From Raja brachyura (lineage: Eukaryota), in contig OY740787.1 in NCBI GenBank assembly GCA_963514005.1, forward strand, positions 65,410,001 to 65,474,000: a stretch of DNA of 64,000 nt, written 5' to 3'. A program made the translations under genes and the position numbers. This document shows, one piece after another, positions 37,462 to 49,845 of the stretch. The notes below the pieces were generated by a model. That model had not been told where the DNA came from. It searched no databases and saw only the letters and a list, made by a program, of their open reading frames with translations. Position 1 is the first letter of the stretch, and each line of letters begins with the position of its first letter.

Positions 37462-38429
37462 CCAGACCATTGCAAGAGTTTGAACTGTTGGACAGGACCA
37501 TGGATGTTATAGATGCAGCTTGGAGGACTAGCACTAAAAAACAATATATGTCGCATATAAGGAAATGGGAAGCTTTTTGTACACAGTCAAAGATATCTTA
37601 TCATACTGCAAACATTTCAAATGTATTGGAGTTCCTTGCTGGGTTACACTTTGATGAGCATTTGAGTTATAGTGCCATTAATTGTGCTCGGAGTGCATTG
37701 TCATCCTATTTAGGACAAAATTCGGATCGGGATTCAGTTGGGTCTCACCCATTAGTATCCCGATTCATGAAAGGTAATTTTAATAAAAATCCTCCCAAGC
37801 CCAGATATACAGAAATTTGGGATGTTAGCATTGTTCTCACTTTGCTTAAACAATGGACTCCAATTAATTCAATGTCTTTGCAGAAATTAACATTCAAGGT
37901 GGTTATGTTAATGGCATTGGTATCAGCTCAAAGAGTACAAACTTTGCAATTGTTAAGGTTGGATTGCATGCATGTGAATACAGATAACGTTGTGTTTTAT
38001 GTTTATGACTTGATCAAACAAAGCAGACCAGGAAGAACTGGAATGAAGGTAATGTTTAAAGCATATCCTGTTGATGAAACATTGTGTGTAGTTAAGCATT
38101 TAACTCAATACATTGAGGTAACCAAAAATCTCAGAGGTTCTGAGAAAGCGTTATTGATAACACACAAAAAACCACATACAAAAGTTTGAGTTCAAACCAT
38201 TTCTAGATGGTTAAAACAGGTTTTGGGTCTAGCAGGAATAGACACTGATTTGTTTAAATCTCACTCCACTAGGGCGGCAGCTACGTCCGCGGCGAAGGTA
38301 CAGGACGTACCACTCGATCAAATTTTAGAGGCCGCAGGGTGGTCTAGAGAAGAAACTTTTTCAAAGTTCTACAATAAACCTGTTGTCACGGTGCCAGGAT
38401 TTGGACACGCAGTACTGGGTTCTCTTTAA
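37455..38429 (+). pseudogene. DIRS ORF3 tyrosine recombinase with one in-frame stop (TGA 38187-38189)
   Basis: ORFs 37470-38189 and 38223-38429 share a frame; catalytic R (AQRVQ), HSTR, AGW and FYNKP are present. Confidence 0.92.
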
Positions 38430-41306
38430 ATGCTTGCTTTGTTTATATTATAGATTTATGTTACCATTGACATAATTTATCAATTATTTTGTAATTTTCC
38501 CCTGCGATAGAGGGGTTATTATTAAAAAAGTTGTTCTTTTTATAATTACTTATTACATAAATTGTAACAATGTGTTAAAATACTTTTTACTCACTACTGT
38601 TTTGACTAAACAGAGAGTCGTATGAAATGAATTTACGACATAAAAAACACAGAGCTTTAAAATCTTCACGTAGTCACTCACGTGACTCCGAAGTAAAATA
38701 GTGAGATTAAACGAGAACTTACCTGTTCGAAGTTTGATCTTTATTTTATGAGGAGGTCCGATGAGGGATTACGTGCCCTCCACTCCCAACCCTCATAATG
38801 TAAATGATCATCTGGTAGTTCTAGTCTATTTTGAGCCTTACTATTTTACTCCGGCTATTGGTTCTGTGTTTTTCATGCCGCTGCTTTGAAGTATGCCGAT
38901 CCAGCGCCAGGCGGGGCTTCTTCACGTAATCTCTCATCATAACTCCTCATAAAATAAAGATCAAACTTCGAACAGGTAAGTTTTCGTTTAATCTCACTAT
39001 TATCAGCTGAAGCTACCAAAGTCACAATGGTGGTCGAACTACATTCAGCATTGCTCCAGTAGTTTTGGTCATATTATCTTCAGTTATATTACTTACACGT
39101 GCTAAAACTAAGATGGAAAATCACGAATACAATCTCTAGTAACGAAGGCGGATGGAATTTGCTTGAATCGCCAATTCTTCAGTTATTGGTATTAACTACC
39201 TATAGACATTAGGTGTATACTATGGGTTAAAGGGTTATTGTGCGAATATGCAAAACCTGCATGCTTAGTTCCAAGTTGATACACTGTGGTGGTGGCATAT
39301 GTTAATCACATGAATGCAATAAAACCAAAGTATCCTGTCATAATTTATCCAACCCTTTTTGGCACTGGTGTATCATCCTGCAAAGTCAATGACAACACAG
39401 TATGGATGTTGGATCACAAAGCATTTTACGATATAAGGCTCGAAGGCACCCAATATCGATATGTTTGCATGCAGGCTCATTCTTGCTACGTAACATTACA
39501 TAAATTGCGAATGGACAGGATCATTACACCTGCAATATCATAATTCATGTTTACATACCCCATGCACCTTCGGTTACATGTGGTCACACATTTACATCAT
39601 TACAGGTGAGGAATGTTCTTTTATGGGTTTCTCCATTTTGCCTCGTCAGTCGGGGCTTGCAATATTCAGCAAGATCCCGCATTCAGGTTTCTCGTACTAT
39701 CTGACTAGCTTATGCAGCCATGGTTTCCCGCAAATGTTGGGAATACTACAGAACCTTATATGGGGTTCTAAACATAAAACTTTGCTGGTTCAGCCTGGGA
39801 TTCGGGGAACCAGCCTCTACATGACTAACCAATTCATTGCTTTACAGAATCTGAGAAGACCGCTCCTGCAGCTCGGGGTGTCAGACTCATCCATGTATGT
39901 CTCACTGCAGAATGCAGGGATAGGAACAAAAAAGCAGTACTTTGCCTCTTCACGAGATGTGAAGAGTTTTTCTGTTAAATGTTATGTTACACATAATACG
40001 GCACGGATACTGACGTCATTTCTATGCGTCTTTGACAATAACTTAAGTTATAGTCCCATTAACTGTACCCAACGTGCTTCTCCTCATAGTTGCTGCAGCA
40101 AGTGGGACCCGCTCTCTCGGGTTTCACCCTCCGGTGTCCAGTATTTAGGATATCATTAACACAAGTTCTTCCAGACCCAAGTACACGGAAGTATGGGATA
40201 TTGATATTGTGTTAACATTTATTCACCATGGGGCTCCAGCTATATCACTATCTTTGGTTCGGCTCTCATAGGTAGGTTATTCCCAGGCGCTGCCCTCAGT
40301 GCACGGGTCCAGTCATTACATAAATTGCGAATGGACAGGATCATTACACCTGCAATGTCATAATTCATGTTTACATACCCCATGCACCTTCGGTTACATG
40401 TGGTCACACGTTTACATCATTACGTCAAGATCATCTTGAGCCTTAGAGGCTCTGATACTAGTTCAGACCATCTCCAGGTGATTATGCATGGTTTGGCTTA
40501 TACAGGAGTAGATACTGATTCCTAATCTCACTCCACCAGGGCTGCTACAACACCAGCAGCAAGGGTTACGTGCCGTCCTCTGGACCACATCCTGTCAACT
40601 GCAGGATGGTCTAACAAACGAGGTATCCAACATTTATTTTAACCCATTGCCAGACCAGGGGTATTTGCCAACTCTATTTAGGTTCAATTTATAGTTCCCC
40701 TCGGTTGAGAAGGGTTACTGGTATTATTGTTTGTTCTTTTATTAGCATCAGCATGGTTTTAAATCTATGTCATGTATGTATGCATTATGATGTTTCCCTC
40801 ATCTATGGTCAGCTGATGCAGTCGTGCTTGTGTGGACTCGTTTTTCCACGGCATAAAATTACAGACTTTCAAAGTCTTCACGTAGTCACTCCCGTGACTC
40901 CGAAGCAAAATAGTAAGATTAAACGAGAACTTACCAGATTGAAGTTTGATCGTTATTTTATGAGGAGTTACGATGAGGGATTATGTCCGCTCCCTACCCT
41001 CGTAACTTAATGATCATCTGGTAGTTCTAGTCATCTATAATCTTACTATGTTAGTTCAACAACTGTTATCTGTGATTTCACACCGCTGCTTTGAAGATTG
41101 ACGCGCATGCGTGGGGACGGCCTTCTTCGTCACGTAATCCCTCATCAGCGACTGGGCCTGGGCTGGAGCAGAGCCTGGAGCTGGAATGAGGGTCGAACCC
41201 TCTGCCCTCTCTCTCTCTCTCTCTGCCCTCTCTCCCTGCCTCTGCCCTCTCTCACTGCCTCTGCCCTCTCTCTGCCCTTCTCTCTCTCTGCCCACTCTCT
41301 TTCCCG

Positions 41307-42398
41307 CCGTTGTCCTGTTGGAAGGTGAACCTCCGCCCCAGTCTGAGGTTCAGAACGCTCTGGAGCAGGTTTTCATCAAGGATCTCTTTGTACTTTGCTC
41401 CATTCATCTTTCCCTCAATCCTGACGAGTCTCCCAGGTCCATCCCCACAGCATGATGCTGCCGCTACAATGCTTCACCGTAGGTATGGTATTGGCTAGGT
41501 GATGAGCGGTTCCTGGTTTCCTCCAGACGTGATGCTTGGCATTCAGATCAAAGAGTTCAATCTTGGTTTCATCAGACCAGAGCACCAGAGAATACAACCC
41601 TTTTGGCAAACCCCAAGCGGGCTGTCATGTGCCTTTTACTGAGGAGTGGCTTCCGTCTGGCCACTCTACCATAAAGGCCTGATTAGTGGAGTGCTGCAGA
41701 TATAGTTGTCCTTCTGGAAGGTTCTCCCATTTCCACAGAGGAACTCTGGAGCTCTGTCAGAGTGACCATTGGGTTCTTGGTCACCTCCCTGACCAAGGCC
41801 CTTCTCCCCCGTTTGCTCAGTTTGGCCGGCAGGCCAGCTCTATGAAGAGCCCTGGTGGTTCCAAAGTTCTTCCATTTAAGAATGACGGAGGCCATTGTGT
41901 TCTTCGGGACCTGCAATGCTGCAGAAATTGTTTTATACCCTTTCCTTGATTTGTGTGTCGTCAAAATCCGGTCTCTGAGGTCTATGGACAATTCCTTCGT
42001 CTTCATGGCTTGGTTTTTGCTCTGACATGCACTGTCAACTGTGGAACCTTATATAGACAGGTGTGTGCCTAGTGGACTCCAATGGTTAATTTACCACTGG
42101 TGGACTCCAATCAAGTTGTATAAACATCTCAAGGATAATCAATGGAAACAGGATGAACTAAGCTCAATTTTGAGTGTCGTAGTAAAGGATCTGAATACCT
42201 ACGTAAAAGTGATATTTCAGTTATTTATTTTTAATTACTTTGCTAAAATTCCAAACACCTGTTGTCGTTCCTTCATTCTGGGGTATTGTGTGTAGATTGA
42301 TGATTTTTAAAAAAGCATTTAATCCATTTTAAAATAAGGCTGTAACGCAACAAAACGTGGAAAAAGTGAAAGGGTCTGAATACGTTCTGAATGCACTG
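41307..42398 (-). mobile_element. Tc1 DNA transposon, 5' half (TIR + transposase fragments)
   Basis: TA|CAGTGCATTCAGAACGTATTCAGACCC terminus; MKTKELSIDLRDRI...GYKTIS...; WSDETKIELF; TVKHCSGSIMLWG; FQQDN, then truncated. Confidence 0.92.
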
Positions 42399-42404
42399 TA
42401 TGGG

Positions 42405-42460
42405 GTGGTGTGTGTGTGTGTATGTATATATATATATATACACTAACACACACACACACA
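42405..42460. repeat. Compound microsatellite (GT)n(AT)n(AC)n
   Basis: Directly visible next to the Tc1 TA site. Confidence 0.9.
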
Positions 42461-43939
42461 TGCATACTCTACATTTGTTTTTACTATAACATTTTTACTG
42501 AACAACCAGTTCAATGACTGTTGCTGATTATACATCTAAATTCATCCAATTTATAGATTGAACCAGCAAAAAGCAATTCTAAATACAAATGAAAACTTAA
42601 GTTTGAAAATATATTCATTGATGGGTACATGTATTCTTTCTAAGTCACACTTTTATTTTTCAAATTATAGAATTGGCTTGTACCTGCACTTAAAAAACAT
42701 AAATTCTTTCAATGCATTTAACCATGACTTTATTTTTTTTTAATGCATAGGCTGATTCATGATCTGTTTAGTTTTCTATGTTTATGCTTATCTTTGTTGA
42801 TCATAGGGTGAAGAAACATGCTGTTAATATCTGATAGATCCATACATAGTTTATCACTATGAAACTTTTATCTGTATCTCCTTTGTTTTTTCTTTTGTTT
42901 TATGAATTTTATTTACAGGTGGTGAATTTTGATATATATTGAATTTCAGAGTAGCAATATTTGATCAGCAGAAATGTTAGCAGTTAACATTTGCAGAACT
43001 CAATGTTTGAATATATAGATTTAGCAGATGATTTCTTCAATCCGTTTTAAAATTCTGAATTTTGCATCTTATCACCTACTTTTGTTTATTGGATCCCAAC
43101 CAATATACACCATAGCCTGGAGACACAAGAGGTGGCGGCTGTTGTAATCCGAAGCATGAAAACAAGGTGCTGGTTTTTGGGTCAAGTAGTGGGTTGAGCA
43201 GTATCCAAGGAGGCAAAGGGAGAGTAAACAATTCGGATCATGATCTGCTTTAGGACTGATCCAAGGACCTGAAATGTCAATGATTGTTTTTTACACCATT
43301 GCTTCTTGAATAGGTATGCTGGTGACTTGGAACTTGTGAATGATAATAAATGGCAGACGGATGATTGAAGGGCAAACCAAGCTGACTATATACTTATGTA
43401 GAAACAAGGAACTGCAGACGTTGGTTTATGGTAAAGATAGACAAAGTGCTGGAGTAACTCGGCATGTCAGGCAGCAACTCTGGATAAAATGGATGGGTGA
43501 CATTTTGTGTTGGGATCCTTCTTCCTGACCCAAAACTTTATCCATCCTTTTTCTCCAGAGGAGCAGCCTGACCCACTGAGTTACTCCAGCACTTTGTGTC
43601 TATCTTTGACAATATACTTCCTTTGCTTCAGTTACAGGGATGCATTTTGCCTGTCCTGGCCAACCTCACTAAGAAGCTCATGAAAACTGGCCTTCTGACT
43701 GTGATTCAATCAGTAATGCTGTGAATTGAAACACCAGCTCTATTTTATTGGATTGAAACCAGCTATTTTGAGATGTCAGTCCCACAACTATGGGAGGCGA
43801 TCAAGAAGGAAATTTAAGGTCTTCAGATAAATATGTTCTTGAAATGAAAAAGGTGGGTCTGCAAAATCCAGTCTTGCGAATGAATAGGTGCACAGCAGAG
43901 CTGGCACAAAAGGGAAGCTTATCCAAGTCGCCTTCAGCA

Positions 43940-44150
43940 ACAGACTGGTTCCACCAAGATGCAGTAGAGAAAGCCTACAGGAGAGCCTTCTTCCCTGTGG
44001 CTATCAAACTGTACAACTCCTCCCCCTTCTTTGCACATCCCCAATCCTTTCCACTTGTCACTTTAATTTCATGTTTCATGAATTTTGTGTTTTATGACTG
44101 TTGGCAGATCAATTTCTCCCCTGGGATAAATAAAGTTCTATCGTATCGTA
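43940..44150 (+). repeat. Rex1-type LINE 3' end
   Basis: YRRAFFPVAIKLYN; gggataaataaagtt + (TATCG)n tail. Confidence 0.7.
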
Positions 44151-44269
44151 AGACAGTGAGGCCTGTGGAGACACAAGGACTTCTGTTACTGGTTTACAAA
44201 AAAAAAGACACAACTGCTGGAGTAACTCAGCAGGTCAGATGGCATGTCTGGAGAACATGGAGAGGATGC

Positions 44270-44892
44270 AGGTACACCGTTCCATAAAAATGATGGAACA
44301 GGTAGACAGGGTGGTGAAAAAGGCTTTTGGCTTTCTTGCCTTAATAAGGGAATTGAATACAGAAGTTGGGACATCAAATTGCAACTGTACAAGTCATTGA
44401 TGAGACCACAATTGGAGAACTGTGTGCAGTTCTGGTCTCCCAGCTAGAGGAAGGATGTAATTAAGCTTGAATGGCTGCAGAGAAGGTGCACAGGATGTTA
44501 GCCAGACCGAATGGCTTTAAATATAAAGAGATTTTAGATAGGCAGGTACTGTTTTCACTGGGGATAGGAGCCTGAGGAGTGACCTTGAAGTGTATAAAAT
44601 TATGAGGAGGTGTAGAATAGGTGGATGGTGACCCTCATCTTTCATAGATAGGAATGGCATATATTTTAGTTAAGAAATATTCCACAGAGGGTGATAAGTA
44701 TACGTGAAGAGCTTCCACAAGAAGGGGTAGTTGCTGGTACAATTACAATGCTTAAAGGATATTTAGACAGGTACATAGATAGGAACAGTTTAGAGGTCAA
44801 ATGCAGGCAAATGGGACCAGTACAGATAGACATCTTGGTCCCCATGGATGGGTTTGCTGAAATACTAATTTCCATGCTGTATAACTCTATAT
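44270..44892 (+). repeat. CR1 LINE 3' fragment, degraded
   Basis: GIEYRSWDIKLQLYKSLMRPQLENCVQFWSP. Confidence 0.85.
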
Positions 44893-44929
44893 AATACTGT
44901 ACAACATAACGTACGGGAGTGTTTAAATT

Positions 44930-45270
44930 GAATAGAAGTCACCCTTGCATCCCCTCTGTCCGTCGTTCCCCTACCCTGGTCATCGTACTAGTTTCATTGT
45001 TGCCCTGCTAAGTTTGTTTATATCACTCATTATCACCTCCACAGCCAACAATGGACCATTGTGGGCTCCACCTTTCCTTGATCATCGTTGCTGGGTTTGA
45101 TTTGTCCTTTTGCATACCTTTTATTCATTTGGTCTACGTTCCTCTTCATATCTCTTGTTTCCTTCTCTCCAACTCTGTCTGAAGAAGGGTCTCGACCCAA
45201 AATGTCACCTATTCCTTTCTCCAGAGATGCTGTCTGACCCACTGAGCTACTCCAGCCTTTTGTGTCTACC
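44930..45270 (+). repeat. Penelope 3'/pLTR fragment
   Basis: acaatggaccattgtgggctccacctttcc...ctgaagaagggtctcgacccaaaatgtcacc. Confidence 0.7.
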
Positions 45271-45397
45271 TGCAATGAAATTAAGATGGAAATACTGCCA
45301 AGTTAAATCAAAGATGCCTGGATCAGGGGATGATAGCTACAGGGAAAGGTTGCACAAAATTGGATTTTCTTCGGAATTACAGTGGTTGCGAAAAGTA

Positions 45398-45947
45398 CAG
45401 TAAACCCTCACCAGAACAGACCGGGCGGGTGTCCGTTATTGCCAATTGTCCACTATATCTGAGTGAGGTGGGTAAAAATTAACTAGTTTAACCCAAGGCC
45501 AGGTGGGAATAAATGTGGCGTCAGCAGTTGGGGGTTCAACCATCGGGAATTCCCAGGCCTGGTATTCATGCCATCTTCATGCTGCTCGCACTCTCCGCTC
45601 CTGCAACTGGAAGCAGGCCACATGGTGCCAGCTCAATGGGCAACCAGCGGAAATGGGGAGCCTCGCACCCTTACTGGGCAACTGAGGCACACTTTGCCAG
45701 AGCAACACAGCTGCAGTGGCACGTGCTGCATCTGCATCCAACAGCCCGGCACCCCACTTTGCGGCATCCCCTGTAAACCCGTGCACAAAGCAGCGCTCTT
45801 CAAGAGTGTTTAACTGCTCGCTCCTCACTGCCCCCTCTCCACTGCCCTGTCTGCATGCCGCTCACCAACCACCACCGTGAACAGACGCCTCAGTCTGCTA
45901 TAACCGAAATCCATTATATAGACGTCTGTAATTGCGAGGGTTCACTG
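45398..45947. mobile_element. Tigger/pogo-like MITE inside a CR1 fragment
   Basis: TA|CAGTAAACCCTC ... GAGGGTTCACTG|TA; CR1-like sequence continues on both sides (~45310-46295). Confidence 0.8.
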
Positions 45948-47119
45948 TACATAAAATTATGAGACGCATAGATAGGGTAAACAGTCAGAACCTTTTTCCA
46001 AGGATGGAAAAATCTTAATACTAGGGGGCAAAGATTAAAGGTGAGACGGGGAAAGTTTAAAGGCAATGTGCTGGGCAAGTTTTTTTTAAACACAATGGGT
46101 GGGGAGTGCCTGTAACGTGCTGATGGGAATGGTGGTTGGGCGATATGATAATGACATATTTAAGATACTTTTGGATAGGCATATGGATGGGATATGGATT
46201 ATGTGCAGGCAAAAAAGAATTAGTCTTGGCATCATGTCCTGCATGGACATTGTGGGCCAAAGGGCCTGTTCCTGTGCTGCACTGTTCTATGTTCTAATAT
46301 CCCAAGATGTTTGCTAAGTCCATAAAGAGCGTAAATAAGGATATAGTAAGCCCCACAAGAGACCAAAAACGACCCATGTGACGACCCATAGGTTGTGAGA
46401 GAGTATTTTTTATAAAATTACATCATGGCTAACTTTATTTAAACAAGAGATGATGGCAATGTTGCAATTAAGGTGAGCAAGAGTGAAAATTGTAAGACAA
46501 TAAACAAAATTGGGTGTGGTTACCTAGTATTAATAATAATTCAATTTACTATTGATTATTGTACATTCCTGTTAATGTGCCCGTAACACAGCATAGAAAC
46601 ATTAAAAAAAACATAGAAAAATAGATGCACGAGTAGGCCATTTGGCCCTTCGAGCCAGCACCGCTATTCGATATGATCATGGCTGATCATCTAAAATCAG
46701 TACCCCGTTCCTGCTTTTTCCCCAAATCCCTTGATTCCTTTAGTTCTAAGAGCTAAATTTCACTCTGCTAAAAAATGCTAAAAGCCTGTGGATCCAAGGG
46801 AGTGTGGCAAAGTGCAATCACAATTGTTTCAGTGGCAGCGATCAAAGGGCAGAGGCTGGTGGATGTTTACGTGACTGGAAAGCTGTTACCAGTGCGTTTC
46901 CACAGGGCTTGGTACTCAGTTCCTTGTGTTAATAACACAGACCTAAATGTAGAGGGAATAATACCGCATGAATCGGTACTTGGCCCCCTGCTATTCACGA
47001 TTTGCGTCAGTGATTTGGCCAAGAGGCAGGTTTCAATTTTAAAATAATGTCAGATTGTGAATAGAGGGGATAGAAAGAGGCTTCAAGGGTTTATGGACAA
47101 GCTGAATAAGTACATGGCA

Positions 47120-47642
47120 GAAAGCATTTTATCGGGATGCATCACAGCATGGTTTATGAACAATTCTATACAAGACCACAAGTAATTGCAGAGAATTGTG
47201 GAGACAGCCCAAACAATCACACAAAACCAATCTCGCTGCAATCAACTCCATCACACTGCCTTGGCAAGGCCACCAGCAAAATCAAAGACGAGTCTCACCC
47301 CGGTCACTCTCCCCTCTGGCAAGAGGTACGGAAGAGTGAAATTGTATACCTCCAGATTCAGGGACAGTTTATTTCCAGCTTTTATCAGGCAACTGAACAA
47401 TCATATCAACAACAGGAGAGCGGTCCTGAGCTGCCATCTACCTCTTTGGAGACCCTCAGACTATCTTTAATTGGATCTTACTGGACTTTCTTGCACTAAA
47501 CGTTATTCCTTTTATCCTGTATCTGTACACGGTGGATGGCTCGATTGCAATCATGTGTAGTCTTTCCGCTGACTGGAGAGCACTCTACAAAATAACATAA
47601 CACTTTACCTAGGTACATGTGACAATAAACTAAACTAAACTA
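47120..47642 (+). repeat. Rex1-type LINE 3' fragment
   Basis: LQRIVETAQTIT...LPSGKRYGR..TSRFRDSLFPAFIRQLN; gacaataaac(TAAAC)n tail. Confidence 0.8.
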
Positions 47643-48480
47643 TATGATGCAAAAAAAATCTCAGGTAATTTACTTTGGTGAACAAGAAAATAGAGTATCT
47701 GCTGAATGTGAGAGTGAGAAATGTTGATGGTCAGAGGGGCATGGGTGTGCTAGTGTGTGTAATTGAAGGCCAGCATATCGATGCATGGAGAATGCAAGAC
47801 TGTTCCGTTTCTTTTTAACACATATTTTTGAAACATTTCAGCTACTACCTTAAATGGATTCCCATGTTCTAATCTTTATGTTTGAGTTTTTAATCGTCAA
47901 AAATGTGCATTTTCGCTTTCCTTTCCCAGTTTATAGTCTATGAAAATTCTTTAGTGCTCCATTTTGGAAGCAAAGTATCTTATTAAATTGACACCTGACA
48001 AGAACAGCCAACAGAAATGGGAAAACTCTCAAAACAGAACAATAGATCTTAGACACACGATGCTGGAGGAACTCAGTGGGACAGGCAGCATCTCTGGAGA
48101 GAAGGAATGAGTGATGTTTCAGGTCGAGACCCTTCTTCAGACCCAATATCTTTTTGGGGAGCTTTCATCAAGGTATGTGAATCAGTTCCACTGTTTGTAA
48201 AATCTGGGGCAATAAGTTGTGGTTGTTGAAACTCTTACCAAAATCATTCTGGCAATGTTTTGCTAAGTTGTTGTTTTATTGTTATTTTGTTAAAAAATGT
48301 CTACATCAGCACCAATTGAGTCAAAAATGTTTTAATCATTGTATGAACCTGGACCAGAACAATGGAATTCTTTCTTGCTGCAGCTTTATCGGCACGTAGC
48401 CTCAACATCACAACAAATAAACATACAATTAATTATCAATTATCCTAGGTAAAACAGACCATAACAGTGTACGCCAAAGT

Positions 48481-49845
48481 ATGGGCGAATTAATGGAAAG
48501 GATACTTAGAGATAATATATATAAGCATCTGGATAAACAGGGTCTGATCAAGAACAGTCAACATGGATTTGTGCATGGAAGGTCATGTTTGACAAACCTC
48601 CTTGAATTTTTTGAAGAGGTTACTAGGGAAATTGATGAGGGTAAAGCAGTGGATGTTGTCTATATGGATTTCAGTAAGGCCTTTGACAAGGTTCCCCATG
48701 GAAGGTTGGTTAAGAAGGTTCAATCTTTGGGTGTTAATGGCAGAGTAGCAAGATGGATTCAACAGTGGCTGAATGGGAGATGCCAGAGAGTAATGGTGGA
48801 TGGCTGTTTGTCAGGGTGGAAGCCGGTGACTAGTGGGGTGCCTCAGGGATCTGTGTTGGGTCCACTGTTGTTTGTCATGTACATCAATGATCTAGATGAT
48901 GGGGTGGAACATTGGATAAGTAAGTATGCAGATGATACTAAGATAGGTGGTGCTGTGGATAATGAAGTAGATTTTCAAAGTCCACAGAGAGATTTGGGAC
49001 ATTTGGAAGAGTGGGCTAAAAGATGGCAGATGGAGTTTAATGCTGATAAGTGTGAGGTGCTACATCTTGGCAGGACAAATCAAAATAGGACGTACATGGT
49101 AAATGGTAGGGAATTGAGGAATGCTGTGGAACAGAGGGATCTAGGAATAACTGTGCATAGTTCCCTGAAGGTGGAATTGCATGTAGATAGGGTGGTAAAG
49201 AAAGCTTTTGGTGTGCTGGCCTTTATAAATCAGAGCATTGAATATAGGAGTAGGGAAGTAATGTTAAAATTGTACAAGGCATTGGTGAGACCCATTCTGG
49301 AGTATGGTGTACAATTTTGGTCACCTAATTATAGGAAGGATGTCAACAAAATAGAGAGAGTACAGAGGAGATTTACTAGAATGTTGCCTGGGTTCCAGCA
49401 ACTAAGTTACAGAGAAAGGTTGAACAAGTTAGGTCTTTATTCTTTGGAGCGCAGAAGGTTAAGGGGGGACTTGATTGAGGTCTTTAAAATGATGAAAGGG
49501 ACAGACAGAGTTGACGTGGATAAGCTTTTCCCATTGAGGGTAGGGAAGATTCAAACAAGAGGGCATGACATGAGAATTAAGGGACAGAAGTTTAGGGGTA
49601 ACATGAGGGGGAACTTCTTTACTCAGAGAGTGATGGCTGTGTGGAATGATCTTCCAGCAGAAGTGGTGTAGGCAGGATCGATTTTAACATTTAAAAGTAA
49701 AGTGGATAGGTATATGGACGGGAAGGGAATGGAGAGGTATGGTCTGAGTGCAGGTAGATGGGACTAGGGGAAAATAAATGGTCGGCACGGACCGGAAGGG
49801 CTGAGAAAGCCTGTTTCCGTGCTGTAATTGTTATATGGTTATATG
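48481..49845 (+). mobile_element. CR1-clade LINE, 5'-truncated, with open RT ORF 48481-49671
   Basis: QHGF..GRSCLTNL, YMDFSKAFDKVPH, VTSGVPQGSVLGP, YADD, LERRRLRGDLI; short-repeat tail ttatatgg. Confidence 0.95.

Larger units (their letters stand above)
34122..39001 (+). mobile_element. Near-intact full-length DIRS1-type retrotransposon (copy C, 4880 bp)
   Basis: Perfect 36-bp ITR 34146-34181 / 38893-38928; ICR ~38663-38775 complementary to both termini; gag, pol and YR ORFs; CTATT core at both junctions. Confidence 0.97.
31794..41147 (+). mobile_element. Decayed DIRS1-type retrotransposon (copy B, outer) hosting copy C
   Basis: Left terminus ttttacttcggagtcac; perfect 30-bp ITR 31816-31845 / 41099-41128; ICR ~40874-40985; eroded RT (33364-34121), RNase H/MT (39002-39850) and YR (39848-40690, SHSTRAATT..AGW); right terminus truncated. 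Confidence 0.9.

Noticed and set aside
38187-38189. Programmed readthrough or selenocysteine at the YR TGA
   Set aside because: Copy A has a sense codon (ACG) at the equivalent site; a simple nonsense mutation is more likely.
35602-38429. Prokaryotic retron/DGR or phage integrase-methylase cassette
   Set aside because: Domain order, ITR/ICR structure and flanking spliceosomal exons fit a DIRS1 retrotransposon.
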